Assembly: GCA_012295275.1 (NCBI GenBank)
Contig: CM022679.1
Coordinates: forward strand, 24,366,001-24,430,000
Reading direction: 5' to 3'
DNA from: Chrysomallon squamiferum
Lineage: Eukaryota; Animalia; Mollusca
DNA: 64,000 nucleotides
How positions within the stretch are numbered: position 1 is the stretch's first letter; each line of letters starts with the position of its first letter. The position numbers and the translations under genes were made by a program. This document shows, piece by piece, positions 9,703 to 25,435 of the stretch. The notes below the pieces were generated by a model. The model made no database searches and was not told the DNA's origin. It saw nothing but the letters and a program-made list of their open reading frames with translations.

Positions 9703-11304
9703 GATTCAGAAATGTTACACATTTTTATTTTTATTTTTCTTTCATCAGTTTTATTCTTGATTCATTAAATGTTACACAATTTTTTCCATTTTTATTGTTT
9801 ATTTAAAAGATTATGGAAAAGAGAATCTTTAATTTTCTTCTTTTAATTTGTAATTGTTACGGTCAATAAAGTTCAATTTGTTTTTCATTTAAAGTTAACA
9901 TTTATTATTATATAATAAATCCTGTAATAAACAACTATCAATATTATGTTGAAAAGAATTGTATCAAAATGAAAATGTTTATTGAACAGAAGATGTAAAT
10001 ATGTTTAAATTTTACATTTTGTTCAAATTTGTAATTTGTTTTGTAATTACTCCTGGAATCTTGAGTGCTATGTTAGTAAGATTTTAATGGAATTTTTATC
10101 TATTTATTTTTAACAACAAAAATGTAATAATAAAATAAAACTTTCACTTTTAAAATCTTTTAAATGTTGAGATTTTCTTTTTTATTTTCAATCATTTTTG
10201 TGTTTTATTTTATGAAAATTATACATATCTGTTATTAAGGTTATTTTTGAAATTATTAAATTACAAATAGTAGATGTTATAAATATGTGTATTTCTGTAC
10301 TGTTAAAATCCTGTCCAAGATTATCTATGCATTCTGAAAATACAAGTTTTAGATCTCTGTTCTGTTATCTTTTGACTCCTAATTTTCTACTATTTTCCAC
10401 TAAATAAACTATTTAATAGTCTATATTTTTTTATCTGTTTTTAATTTTTTTTTATTAATTCATGATTTTGTTTCAGAAGTTATTGTCACATATAATTAAA
10501 ATCCAGATTGTAAATGAATGAAAGTAAATTAATGGTTAACATCTCAAGACATACTTGTGATAAAGAGATTAAGACTAATACACAAATTTGTATGGTATGA
10601 ACAAGAAAGTTTTAGGAAGGACACTATAAAACAAACATCAGGAGATGTATTATAATTTTACCATGAATCACAGTCCAGCAGTCAGCTTATTATGAACTGA
10701 AAAAGAGGTAATTCTTAATTCTTTGAAAACGTCTAGAAATATTTATTTAACTTCCTAAATAGAAATGATTCAAATATTTTAAATCAGCTTTCAAAAGAAA
10801 CCTCCCTGCTCTGTGTTTTTTATGTTGGTGCCTGTTATTTAAAAATATATTTAACGTAATTCTTGAATAGGTGTCGATTTGAGAAAGAGGAAAATCCTCA
10901 TCAGACTGAGTGATTGGTTTTTCTTATCGTTAATGTTGAAACTAACTATAATAATAAAAGAAGAATCGGTTCAGTGTTCGTATTCATCCTTGGGTCGATT
11001 TTAGATACGTTTAATAACACAGTTTCCCAGACATATATAAAATACTGTTATTAATTTGCTGACAAAATAAGGTGAAAAAAAGAAAAACGACTTCTAATAC
11101 TTGGTAATTTTGCTGTTCTTATCCGACCATAATGTCTGTACTACTGTGGATAGCATGACAAAAGATTTCTTAATTAAACTGTATTTTTCCCACTCAAATA
11201 CACTTTTAGAAATTGTTTTATCAACTGCCATTGTAGGAATTTTTCTAATCTGACAATTTAAAGATTTTTAAATCTTTTTTCGTTAATATTTCTTCATTTA
11301 AATG

Positions 11305-11379
<75 letters not shown>

Positions 11380-11765
11380 GTAATAGTAATAGTAATAGTA
11401 ATAGTAATAAGTAATAATAAATAAATAAATAAATATTAAAAATAGATAAGGAATAAAATTATGTATCGAACATTAACATGTTCTTCACTTTGATTTGAAT
11501 TAATTTGTTCTAAACTTCATTGCTTGTCCCATTTTATTATGCTGTAACTTAATTTACTATATCGGTTTGCGTTTGTATTAAACTGTATAATTTATTAGTC
11601 GGGTCACGTCACATTGTATCATTTTATATTTTTGCTTTTTATTATTTTGAGTCATGTTGAATTTTCTATTATATTCTTTTTTATTTTGAGTCGCATCGCT
11701 TTATTTTGTGTTATGTTGTTTTATTTTTAATTATATTTTTTGAAATCCAATACTTTTAATATAAA

Positions 11766-11840
<75 letters not shown>

Positions 11841-12733
11841 ATTTTGTTAGATAAATGAGTTGTGTATGTGCATGTATATGTGTGTATGTATATATGTGCG
11901 AGTTATAATATTTTGTTTAATATACGCTGGAGGATTTTATCTTATTATTACATGTACATTCATTATGCATATGTCCAGTGTGTATTTTGGTTTTCTGTGT
12001 GTATGTGTGTGTGTATATGTGTGTGTGTGCGTGTGTGTGTGAGTGAGTGTGTGTGTGTTTTGTGTGAGTGAGTGTGTGTGAGTGTGTGTGTGTGTGTTTT
12101 GGAGGAAATATACTTTACTCCCATTTCATTTTAATCGTCATCTCAGTTTTCTTTCTTACATTATCTTTTTTTTTTTTTTTCTTTTTTTTTTTTTTTTTAA
12201 TTGGTTTAAAGATCTGCTAAGAAGAAGAAGAGAAAAAAAAGACGAACTTTCTGCAACACTGATAAACAGCTACGTATTCTGACCACGGTTGATATAATTA
12301 TTATTTGATTAGTTTGTTTTTTGTAAATGTCACATTCTAATTAAATACTTTGAACTTTTCTAGAATGCATCATCGCCTTATCTGACTGTATAAACAAACA
12401 AAATTAAAATGAAATTTTGTTTAATCTCCAAAGGAAATAACGGCAATGTTCTTTTTTATTAATTTTGTAATTTTCTGAAATTATTGTTTATTTCTTCTTC
12501 TTTTTTATTAATTTTTTCTTCTTCTTTTTTCTCTCTTTTTTCCCCCCTAAATAAGAAATGCTGCTATTTCGATTACGTACTTGTTAATTTTTCTTTTAAT
12601 TAACGTTTTTGCGAATTAGTGATTTAATTTTTAAGTGCTACAGTTTCGAAAAACATAAACATCAATAACAAATTAAGAAAAAGGAAAAAAAAAGAGAAGT
12701 GAGGAAAAAACAGCTACTTAGAACGGTTTAATA

Positions 12734-12768
<35 letters not shown>

Positions 12769-14679
12769 TATACATATATATATATATACACACACACATA
12801 TATACATATATTCAAGCACACACATACTCATATGTATATAGTCGCATACATATAACCAAACATAAATAATGAGTATTAGTTTTAACACACACACATTACG
12901 ATAATTATTTAATTATTTCATTCTGTAATGTATGAGCTCCATAAATACTTGAATTGCATCATGTAACATTTTTTCTTCTAATACAATAGTCCTTCTTTTG
13001 AAGGTTTTTTTTTTTCTTGATCTTTTCTAAATCCTTGAAATATCCGTTGCATGTAAATGTATCATTTAACTCACGCAGAAATCCGATGTTCATTATAACG
13101 GTACAAACACCCCCACCAGCAGCAGCGCAATTCTGTTAATTTATTCTGCTGAACGAAACGTTTATTTTCTATGTGTATCGAATTTGTAAACGAGGAAATG
13201 ACTTATCCTATAACTGTTCATTGATTAAAAGACAGGGGAATGAGTGAGTGCACAACTAAAGATTTTCTTTACCTAGTTTTTCAGCGTGGAGGCGAAAAAT
13301 GTGATCAGAATTTTTAAACTGGTCATCATTCTTCTGCGATAAATGTGTTTTTCGAAGATACTTAAGGGATTATTTTAAATTAAATTAAATTTAAATAAAT
13401 AAATAAATAAATATTATTTTTATAATATATTATATTACTACTGTTACTATATTCATTGTTATTATTACAAATATATCAATTGTTACAACAAGATTTACTA
13501 TTACTTCTACTACCACTATTACTACTTCTTCTATTAATGTACTACTTCTACTTTTATTACTACTACAGTTTCTAGTACTATTGCTACGACAACGACTTGC
13601 AACTAATGCTATTACTACAATACAACAATCACAAATACAACTATTACTACTACAATTACATTTATATTTTAAATAATTCAGGCTTCAGAACTTCAAACAC
13701 CAATCATTTTACATAACTTTTGGAAAAAAAAACTTCTGAGTAACTTCATCATACTCATGATTAACTTAACAACAAACAAATGGTGTTAAACAAACAAATA
13801 AATAAACTTGTTTATGTATTTAAATTACGAATGATGTCAAATAATGTGGGCGAAAAAAAAAAAAAAAAAAAAAAAGAAGAAGAAAAAAAAAACAGAGGGC
13901 AAACGAAATAATGAAGAAACCATAAATCAAAATCTGAAAAGCACAGAGAAGACGGCAATGGTAACTAACAGTTTCATACGTTTGTTTTCGTGAGTGGAGA
14001 AAATAACAGAGGTGAGGTGAGAAAAACCGTTTTCCTTCTGTTTAATGTAATGACACTGTTTGTGTTTTCCCACTGAATCACGGCCGAGATAACATGTCCC
14101 GAGTGTGATGCGGAAATCGCAACTTCGATTTTTTTCTGATTGTCCGAAATAATTTGATTTTCGTTATTTCGTAAAGCTAACTAAATTTATGGATATTGTA
14201 ACATCCAGAGGGGGAAAACGAAAAAAAAAAAACCCTTCAGTTTGGCTACTTTATCGTTTCAATTATTCTTTTACTTATTAGAGAAATCTTTCGGGATTTT
14301 TTTTTTTTTTTGTTTGTTTTTGTTTTTGTTTCTGTAAGTTTAAAATGATATGGGACATCTCTATGAAGAAGACAGTATTAAAAAAGAAGAAAAACAAAAA
14401 CAATTTAAAAAAATAATAATATTGAAGTTTTAACAAACCGAGAGTATATTCTGTTTTATGAGCTGCATTTATATTATACTGAAATATGATTTATAATTAA
14501 GCAAGTAAATAAGTAAATAAATGAAACAAAAACAACAGTAACAACAACAGCAAAAACAAATATATAAATATGTATGTATGTGTGTGTGTTTGTGTGTGTG
14601 TGTGTATATATATTATGTGTTTAATGTACTTTAAAAATAAAATAAAAATAAAAAATAATAATAAGTGTAATAATAATAA

Positions 14680-14718
<39 letters not shown>

Positions 14719-15563
14719 AAGAAAGAAAAAGATTCGGTTGAAATATTAAAGATTTGGTTTTTATTATCCTTATAAATTAAATTAAGCACATCTCTGGCAG
14801 TTAATCTAAGTTGATTATACGTTTACAGTTTAAAATGATACATGAAATTCATTACTGTATAAAAGGCACCTACAGACACTAGTGGCGTATGGAAACAGGC
14901 ATTAATTGCATTTATCAATTAAACTTTAAGTATTCATATATATATATATATATATCACTAAATGCCTCCTGTAAGCATTAAACATCTTACGAAATGTTAG
15001 CACAACAGTATTTTATTTATATTTCGTCGTGTTAAATTTCACATACACAACAGTGCCTATCAATTAAGGCCATTTTATTTAACTTATATCGTGTTTCAAT
15101 TCAAACTGTATGTCATTACCCTAACTTCCAATTAAGCTTTTTATATTTATCTTTTATGATGCTGTCGTTTAAGAAAGACACCCTGTCAGCAGTATCTTTT
15201 TTCTCGTTTGTGTCGAGACATTGTCAAGCAGACGTAAGATCAAAGAGAATTACCAGTCTAGCTGTTTACGTCAGTGTTTACCGTGCATTGATATCACGTC
15301 GCGTGAATTAATGAAACGTCAGAGACTTAACGATTAGAGAAATGATCTTGAAACTTAGACGTGTATTTAAATCACTGGCGCTAGACAGAAACTAACTCGC
15401 GTCCTGCAGCTAATTATAACAGTATCTGTCATATTAATTTTCACGTGCTGGGAATAGGATATCTCAAATTGTTAGAACTTGTTTAATCAGTGTGTGGTTT
15501 GGTAATGATTATTTTGTATATCTCTGTGTCTATAAATTTATTTCTGTTTTCCCTCCTCCTCAT

Positions 15564-15642
<79 letters not shown>

Positions 15643-15761
15643 GTGTGTTCAGTCTGTTTGTATGTCTGTCTGTCTATCTGTCCGTTTGTACATATGTATA
15701 TATGTGTATGTATGTATGTAAAAATATAGGTAGATAGATTATTATACACATACATATACAT

Positions 15762-15871
<110 letters not shown>

Positions 15872-15914
15872 TTACAGGTATACATATACAGAAATATCTA
15901 GATAGATAGATAGA

Positions 15915-15962
15915 TGGACAGACTGTCATATGGACAGACTGTCATATGGACAGACTGTCATA
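15915..15962. repeat. 16-bp tandem repeat x3
   Basis: Three perfect copies of TGGACAGACTGTCATA. Confidence 0.95.
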
Positions 15963-16789
15963 CAAACAGACTGACTGACTGACCAACTGACCGACAGACA
16001 GAACAAAATCCGTCTGTCTTTCAACCTATATGTCTCTCTCCCTGTCTCTACGTCCCATTAATTTTGTTTTGGTGTACTTTTACCAAACCAGTTTATCATT
16101 TTATTTAGCGATTTATTATTAATGTTAAATAATAATACATTTTTGTTTTCTAATTTTTTTTTTTTTTTTTTGTATGTTTGTTGCCTTCTGTGTAAGATAA
16201 GTGTTACACTAGCAAACAATTTGTGACTGCTACAGTAATGTAGCCCATTAAATAGGGATCAAGTTTCTATTAATAAAATTTTACATTATTAATCTCGTCT
16301 GTATTTACAACAATCTAGATGTATGGAAATTTGATTTCTATAACGTGGATAAAACTAAGAATGAAAGAATGATTTACGATTACGTCATTTGTAAATGGAA
16401 TGAAAGAATTTGCTGGTCCGTATTAGAAGTCAGGCGATAACATTAATTTTAATTATTCATCTGTAAAGAGTCATATATATATATATGTGTGCTGTACAGT
16501 ACTAGTTTTTATTAACAAAAAAAAAAAAAAAAGATCGCAGTTTTCTAGCACTGGTTGTAGTTGAAGTAATTGTAATAGTAGTAGTTGTATGAGTATTAGT
16601 AGTATTAGTAGTAGTAGTAGTAGTAGCTGTAGAAGTAGTAACAGTAGCAGTTGCAGTAGCATCAGCAGCAGTAGTAGATACTAGCATTGCTTTAGTAATA
16701 GGAACAGACATTATAATTAATAACAGTGACAGCAGTGTTTACAGCATGAATAAAACTGATCTCAGATTTTTTTTTTTGTGTGACACACA

Positions 16790-16838
<49 letters not shown>

Positions 16839-17853
16839 TCTTTTAGAATTTTGCCGCATCTGTTTCTATAAATCAACAAAGGAACTGTAAATGGTGAAAA
16901 AAAAGAAGATCATCTAGATTTCTCTTATGGGATTTCTCAATTTCCTTTCTTATACTCAATTTTTTTTTCTCTCAATTAGACGTATTTGTAAACAAATCTT
17001 CCTCAATGATTTCGTTTTGATAGACGTATTACGTTATGGTCTGTGGATTTTAGGAGGTAGGGAGAGCGTACATTATTATTTTTAGAAACAATATATCTAC
17101 TGTGACTGATACTCCTATCATTACTACCACGGCTACCACTACTACTACCACTACTACTGTTACTAGTACGTCTGCTGCTCTTACGACATTGGTTACTATT
17201 ACTATTAATATTTTAACAAGTCGCGACCTGTAACTTAAGTATTAATATTATATTACTAGTTCTTACTATCATTGCACTGAGCTACAATTATTTCAAATAT
17301 TTGTAGTATAACTACTACAACATCGACAACTACCGCCACACCATAACTACTTTTTCAATTACCACAACATCTACATATCTTTTTTTTTTTTTTTTTATCG
17401 TGATTCCATGTGCTATTTCCTTTTCTTTTAAACTCCTTAACTGTTTTAACCTCGCCTTTTTTTTTACAGCATTCAACAACGACACACTTGCAGAGATCGA
17501 AAACCATTTTGTAACCAAGTATTTGTTTAGCTCTATTGACATTTGTTTAACCTAGGATTTCTTGCCTGTCTAAAACTTTACCACCTAGGGTAAGATCAAT
17601 GTGACCAAAACCATTAAACATTTGTGAAGAAAATCCAGACAAGCAGCTCTCCGAAAGGCAGTCAAAAGTCCCGCTGCTGCCAAGCTATAAATTCTTAGCC
17701 TTGTTTTTATACAGAAAAAAAAACAACAGTTTGGAGAAGTCGATGCCGACTGCTGAGTGGTAAGTTCAAGACTGGTAGATGGATGTTGAGTCGTAGTTTG
17801 CTACTAGAAGTTAGTTATTAGATAAAACAGTAATGCTGATACTTACTGGAGAA

Positions 17854-17889
<36 letters not shown>

Positions 17890-18108
17890 TACACATATAA
17901 GCATCATATATATATATATAAATATATACAAACACACACATACACATACAGAGATCGGATGGATGGAATGATCTATAAGAAATGGATTGATCAATAGATA
18001 AAATGGTAGAAAGAGAGACACAGAAAGATGGACGGATGAACACAACGATGGATATGCAGCAAACAGACAGAAAGACAAGCAGAGGTATAATTAAATATGC
18101 AGACAGAA

Positions 18109-18229
<121 letters not shown>

Positions 18230-19614
18230 AATATATAGATAGACAGATAGACAGATAGATAGATTAGGTTTCACAACATATGTATAACAAACTCCTTAAA
18301 TCTTATTAAAAAATAATATTTCAGTTTCTACAGGCGTCTGCTGTTCTATATTTGATAGCTCTTTGTCAAATAACTGTCAGTAGAACTTAATGGAAAGACA
18401 GACAGAGATTTTGTTCCTATAGATTATTGGCTTATCAAAATTAGCACGAAATTTGATATCTGAAAAGTCATTTCTACTTATTTTCACTGACAACAGAAAT
18501 AATCTACTTCACTTCATTTTATTTATTTATTTATTTATTTAGTTGTCTGTCTGTTGTTTTTTTTGTTTTTTTTTTGCATCTTAATTTATTTATTTATTTA
18601 TTAATCTGCCTTTTTGTTTATGTAGTTTATTTGTTTGTTTGTTTAGTTATTGGTCTGTTTATCTATCTATCTGTCTGTCAATCTGTGTGTCTGTCTCTCT
18701 CTCTCTCTTTCTCTCTCTTCCTCATTCTGTCTCTCTCTTTTTTTGTTTATTTATTTAGTCAGTTTTTTTCTACACAAAACAAGAACGATCTTTCTCAAAG
18801 TGACACATAACAGATGGCTCGTCTTTGATCTATTTTCATACGAGACTGTCAGGAACACAGAGTCGTTATTGCTGTACATGACATGCCATAATCTCCACCA
18901 GTAATACCACATTTCATCTGTGGACAGTTGTCGGTGAAATCACAGACTACAAAAACTCGGACATCGACTAAATGGAAGGCCAAATGTACTATTGATTCGT
19001 ACATATCGCTCGCAAGCATTACCTCAAGTAAAACGAAAAATGTCAGTGATCTTCATGTAGACTTTGAAAGGTCCAGTAAATCATTACAGTTTTGAGAGTG
19101 TAAAAATGTTTGTTTCGTTTGTTTGTTTGGTTATTGAATTTATTTATTTATTTATTCAACTATTTATTAAATTTAACTTTTGCAGTCTCGAAATAGTTGC
19201 CTGATGTCTCGATTGATTTATTTACAGGAAAATATAAGTATATATATATATATAATCAGTTTTTCCATCTATCGGTTTATGGATAGATAGAAGGACAGAC
19301 AAATTGATGAGTAAATCGAACAAATGACGTTAAATTGTGGCGGGTTTTCTGAAATGGTAAGTACCAAAAATTAATTTACGATGGTTTCTGTTATGCTTTT
19401 TTGAGGAACCAATCCGTAGTTTTAGCGACGTTGAACGAGTTCGGTTCCGAAACATTAACTAACACACGGATCACTGAACTTGAGGATGATGTTTGACTTG
19501 TTAGCTGTCGTTTTTTTTTCACTGACAATTATTTCACATAATCAATACAGAGAGGTACAGGCGCTAACATTAATATTCAGTTCCTTTGTTGTTTTAGTTC
19601 TTCTTTTTCTTCTT

Positions 19615-19645
<31 letters not shown>

Positions 19646-22247
19646 TTATTATTATTATTTTTACTACTACTACTACTACTACTACTATTACAAATACGTT
19701 ACGTACTACTATTACTTCTATAATTACTAGTATTATTACTACTACTACAAAAGGACTACTACTACTATACTACTACAACTACTGCACTACTACTATTACT
19801 ATTAATACTACTACAAGGCTGTCTATCATTACAAATACTATTTCTATTATTACTACTGTCATCGCGTCTACAGCTACAACTACTGATATTTCTAACATAA
19901 TCAGTTATATTGTTATTGTTGCTGCCACCATTGCTTTTTATCATTGTTTGTTATTATTGTTGATGTTATTTCACAATCTTTTTTGTTTTTAATTTCTATT
20001 AGTGTCGCTCTCATTGCTACTAGTGTTACTATTACCTTCACCACTGTCACTAATAATGCCGATGATACTGTTATTACTGTTGCTACTACTATTATTACAA
20101 CTTGTATAACTAGTAGTAGCACCAGTAGTAATGACAACATGCACTAAGTCATTTCAGTTAGTTTTATTGTATTCACACAGCAATAAAATAAATGTAGTAA
20201 ATAGTCCATGACTAACTAATTTGTTTTTACAGTATTATTGGGGCAAAACCAGGAAGTGAAAGTTCATTACAACTGAGATAATGCTTTTTTAATTTTTTTC
20301 CTCTAGCGAATAAATAATTTAATTTCATCTAAAATTAATTATAACAATAACAGGAAACAAAAACAAAAACACGCATATACATAAACATACACGTATATTC
20401 ATACAAATGTAAAATACATACATACATCTATCCATCCATACAAGATATCAATTCATGCAAGCATACATATGCATTCATCAATCTGTATCTTTCCATACAA
20501 TAATCTATTTTTTTTTTTTTTTTTTTTTTAATTTGGTCTGCGACCAGCTAACACAAATTAGCTATTTACTTATAACAGCTGTTTTGTCTGGACTTAAAAA
20601 TCCACCGGAAACTCTTACTCTGATACCAGCGACACTTAAAACCAATTTTATATTTTATTCATTTCGTCTGAACTAAATGTTCACCGCGTCTTGAAACGTC
20701 CTCCGAGCAATCTTCACAAGTGTTCTTCACTGATTCCAAAACAAGCAATCCACCACAAGCTCGTAAAGCACATCGATCTAACGGAGATCGCTACAGGGAA
20801 GTCGTCTGACTAAGTAGTGTCGTTTGTTTTAAATCTCCACCGTCTGCGGAGCGCTCTGCATTGCGCAGTCCATTTATCAGTCTTGTCGCTGTTGTCTTTC
20901 CCTCTGTTACAGCATGCAAAACGACGCTCGAGAGCGGTCATTTCGCACTGCAAGTAATTGGCCGAAATGGACATTTGGAGTGGACAATAAACGAGATGTT
21001 TTTCAGGCCAAACCTGTCTGGAGACTGATATAAAGCAATAGTAAGGTGCATTTGTTTCTGATATCGGTAAAGTATACGACTGTTACAGATATCTCCCATA
21101 AAGTTTTCCTTTAATAAATAAATAAATAAAGAAAGAAAAAAAGAAAAGAAAAGAAAAGAAAAGAAAAGAAAAGAAAGAAAGAAAGAAAGAATCAACATGT
21201 TTGTTGATATGAGCGATGAAATTTAGAGATATCAAAAGTTTCTAACTCATTAACTCACTAACCTGCTACTGTCAATAGTTTTGAAATCTTAATGAACCTT
21301 GGTTTAATTTCTAAGAATTGGATTATCAAAACAAATCTGTTATCAGTTCTAAAGGCTTATTTGTACTCATGCAAAACAGAGAGACATACAGACTGATAAA
21401 CTCTTTTATATCTCATAATGCGAGTCAAAGCCTGCAGTCAGAAAGTTTTTAACAGTAATAATTAAAAAACAAAATTCCCCTGTCTCGTAAAGGCTCACAT
21501 AAAACAAACAATACACTTTTAAAAAAAAGACAAAGCTTATTGGTAGGACACGAAGACTCCCAAGACATTTGTATCGAAATTAAATCTTGTCACGGAAACC
21601 GTATTAGTAAAGATTTAGCGAGTGCAATATATTTTTCTGGAAAATTGCTTGTACAGTTCTGTATTTGAGTTTATTTCTTTTCTGATAAATTCGCGCGATA
21701 AATAATTAAACCAGCTGAGAGTAACGTTGTTTTTAAATTGAACAAAAATTAAAGATAAAATTTAGAGTCAATAAGGTAAAATAGTTTTAAAGTTTTGGCT
21801 CGGCCCGTAGAAGTAAATTCATGTATTGATCTTCAAAATATATCGTTCTGGGGGGAAAAAAAAAGTGGGTTAGGATTTTCACATAATTTATTATTAATCA
21901 TACAATCAAGATAAGGAAAGTTGTTAATTTTACACAACAAAAGTCTGTGACGCTTTAAAACTAGTTTGAACGACATTTTCAATTAAGGAAAGCTTATAGA
22001 ATTCGGAACCTTGGGTTTATGTAATTATAAATTCATTAAAATGCAAGCATCATTAATTTATGAATAAGTCAAAGTTTTAAAATATAAAATTAAGTCGTAG
22101 ACTATGCAGAGGTTTTAATTAATTAATTTATTTATGATTCTTTATTTATATCATTATTCTTTTCGGTTTTTCTTTTTGTTGAACGTTGTACATGTTGCTT
22201 TTGCTATTTTATTTTTTGTTATTACTTCTTTTTTTTATTATTATTCA

Positions 22248-22278
<31 letters not shown>

Positions 22279-23413
22279 GTAATGATTTTGTTTTGTTTGT
22301 TTTATATTGTTTACTGTGCATTTTTTTGTTTTTTGTTTATGTAAATGCAAATAATAGTCATTTATTTATGACCTGGATTCAGTGCTTATTACTGTTGTTG
22401 TAGTAGTGCAGTAGTTCTAACGTTGTAGTCCACACCATTCTCTTGGCGATGTTTCAGAAAACACCACCTGCTACAGAGATGAGATCGTTTATACCATCTT
22501 TCAGCATTCAAAATGTTTCAGATTAGTTATCTGATTATTTTCTTATTTATATACCTTCCTTGCAGTGTTAACCAGACCAGGCTGGCGGTATGACTAGGTT
22601 CACTGGTTCGTTAATCGAGTCAGAGCAAAAAACCAAAACAACAGAACAGCCTGTCACATGAAGTAGGTAATAATTTGAAACTGAGCATTGGTAACGATGT
22701 CATCAATGTAATATTTTGAATTTAAATTTTAATTCAGACAAGGCATTTCCTTTTTCTACTTTATCAGTCTCTCTGCCTTCATCATTTTTATCATCATCAT
22801 CATTTTAGTCAATATCATTTTCATAAAAATCATCAATGATTTCATCATCATTAAATTCATAAATATATTTTTGTTTCATAATCATTTTATACGTCATCAC
22901 CATCGTATTCATCATCATAGTCGATCGGTAATCATCACCATCATTATCATCATTATTATTATCATCATCATTCCACAATGAATTTTCGTGATATATGCCA
23001 AGCAAGATGATAACTTTATTACTAATATTCTCGTCGTCTTTGCTGTTGCCACTGGTGTCGCCATGGACGATTCTGTGGCAGCCGTTGTTGCTGTTTTACG
23101 TAGTTGCTGCTGCTACTGTAGCCATCATTATTGCTATTTCTGAATGATGTTTATTTAAAATCAATATTACTCTTTTATCTTATTAAGCATGCGAATCAAA
23201 ATAAAGAGATTAAAGTCAGAATAAAATGTGATTATTATTTAATTTAATTTTTTTTTTAAATTCTAATTCTAGTTAAATTGTAAAAGCTTTTGCTTTCTTT
23301 TTAACTACTTAATAAAAATAAATAAAAATAATAGCATAATAATACAATAAAACATAAAAATAGCAGAACAACAAAGACAAAAAAATCATTTATTATTATT
23401 ATTATTATTGTTA

Positions 23414-23474
<61 letters not shown>

Positions 23475-24223
23475 CATCAGCTTTTTCTTTTTCTTTTCTT
23501 TCTTCTTCTACATTTCATTTTTTATTTATTACCTTTTTTTTTTCCTTTTCTTTTTTTAATTTTTTTTCTTCACAATTTAATCATTTAAAAATTATTACCT
23601 AACGCCATATTGCACATGCCAAAAACACTAACTGCGCAGATATCCATTGTTATTATGGAAGTGGTTTCGTCGCGTGTGTAAACAAATATTTTCATTTTAT
23701 CCCACGAGGCTGCAAATTAGATTAGATTGCGTATTAATGTACTGATGTGAGAAACGTAGTAATATTTATAGTAAACACAGTGGAATTTGATAACGGGTTT
23801 TATTTAATTAACGGAGTGGTTAAAGAGTGTAGTAAATTTACTGTTACATTAATAATGATGAAAGGAAATAACGGTATTTTTTACTTTTTATAACAGGACT
23901 AAATGTCAGACAGACAGACAGACTTTTATAGTCGTAATAACTTTTCGTTATTATTGTTATTAAAGGAGGTGAAAATTGTTTTAAGCAAATAAACTGAAAT
24001 ACGATACTGTTGTGATGTGTAATTGTTTTCGGAAGAAAAGGATAAACAGAATTTGAGTGTCGTTGATGGATGTTGACGGATTCATTCATTTGTTCGCTGA
24101 TGTTTTATTAAGTTAGTGTTAATTGTTGTTTATTTTTCATGCCAACAGAAAAAAAAGAAGAAAAAAAAATCAAAACAAAAAACACTGATTCCAGGATAGC
24201 TATGCATACATGCACTTCTATAT

Positions 24224-24560
<337 letters not shown>

Positions 24561-24959
24561 CGATATGATCTGAGACCAAAAATATTACATATTCCATTAA
24601 CAAGAATCGATCCATAAATCCCAAGACTTATCAGAAGGAGTAGAAACCTGGATTCAGTGCTTAGTTCCAAACGACTTAATAAACAAGTCAGGACAAGTAT
24701 TCGATCCCCGAAGACATATGTGTTTTATTTTGGAAGAAGGCAGTATCAAGATTGATATGCAAGTCCATGCTCTTAAATTTAAACTAACCTGCGTTAACCG
24801 AACACCCTATTCTGATCACACGCAACACTCGAGTTCGCTGACCCTTTCCGCTTTAGTAGTCCATCAAGATAAGTGATAAGTGTAAGTGAAATAGGTGTAT
24901 TTTATTATTCAAACATCCCACGGTAAACTCCAGCGCTAGCGGACTTCTTAACACAGAAG

Positions 24960-24992
<33 letters not shown>

Positions 24993-25385
24993 GCGAAAGA
25001 GAGCGACGTGCTTCAGTTACTAATCAGTAACATGAATCTATCTGAGACCTGTACTTAACAGTCAGCATCTAGGTTAATTATTACTGATGTCTCTCTTGCC
25101 TGGTCTAGTTTGTTTAATAGTAACCCAAAGTAACCGAGATTCTAGCACGCTTCCGTGGGTCTGCATTCCGAAATTTCTGAACTGCAAATGAAGGCTTGAG
25201 ATAAACGTGTTTGTCCACGGTTAGTAAAGTTTGTTAATTGTATACTTAGACCTTTTGTTTTTCGAAGAGGTTGGGAGTTTGTGTTAGTATCAAGATTAGA
25301 AATACGTGCCAAATCGAAAATAGCTCTGTTTTAATTAACGATTTCTTGTTTAGTTGGTCTGTTTAAGTAAAATGTCAAAAAGATG

Positions 25386-25435
<50 letters not shown>

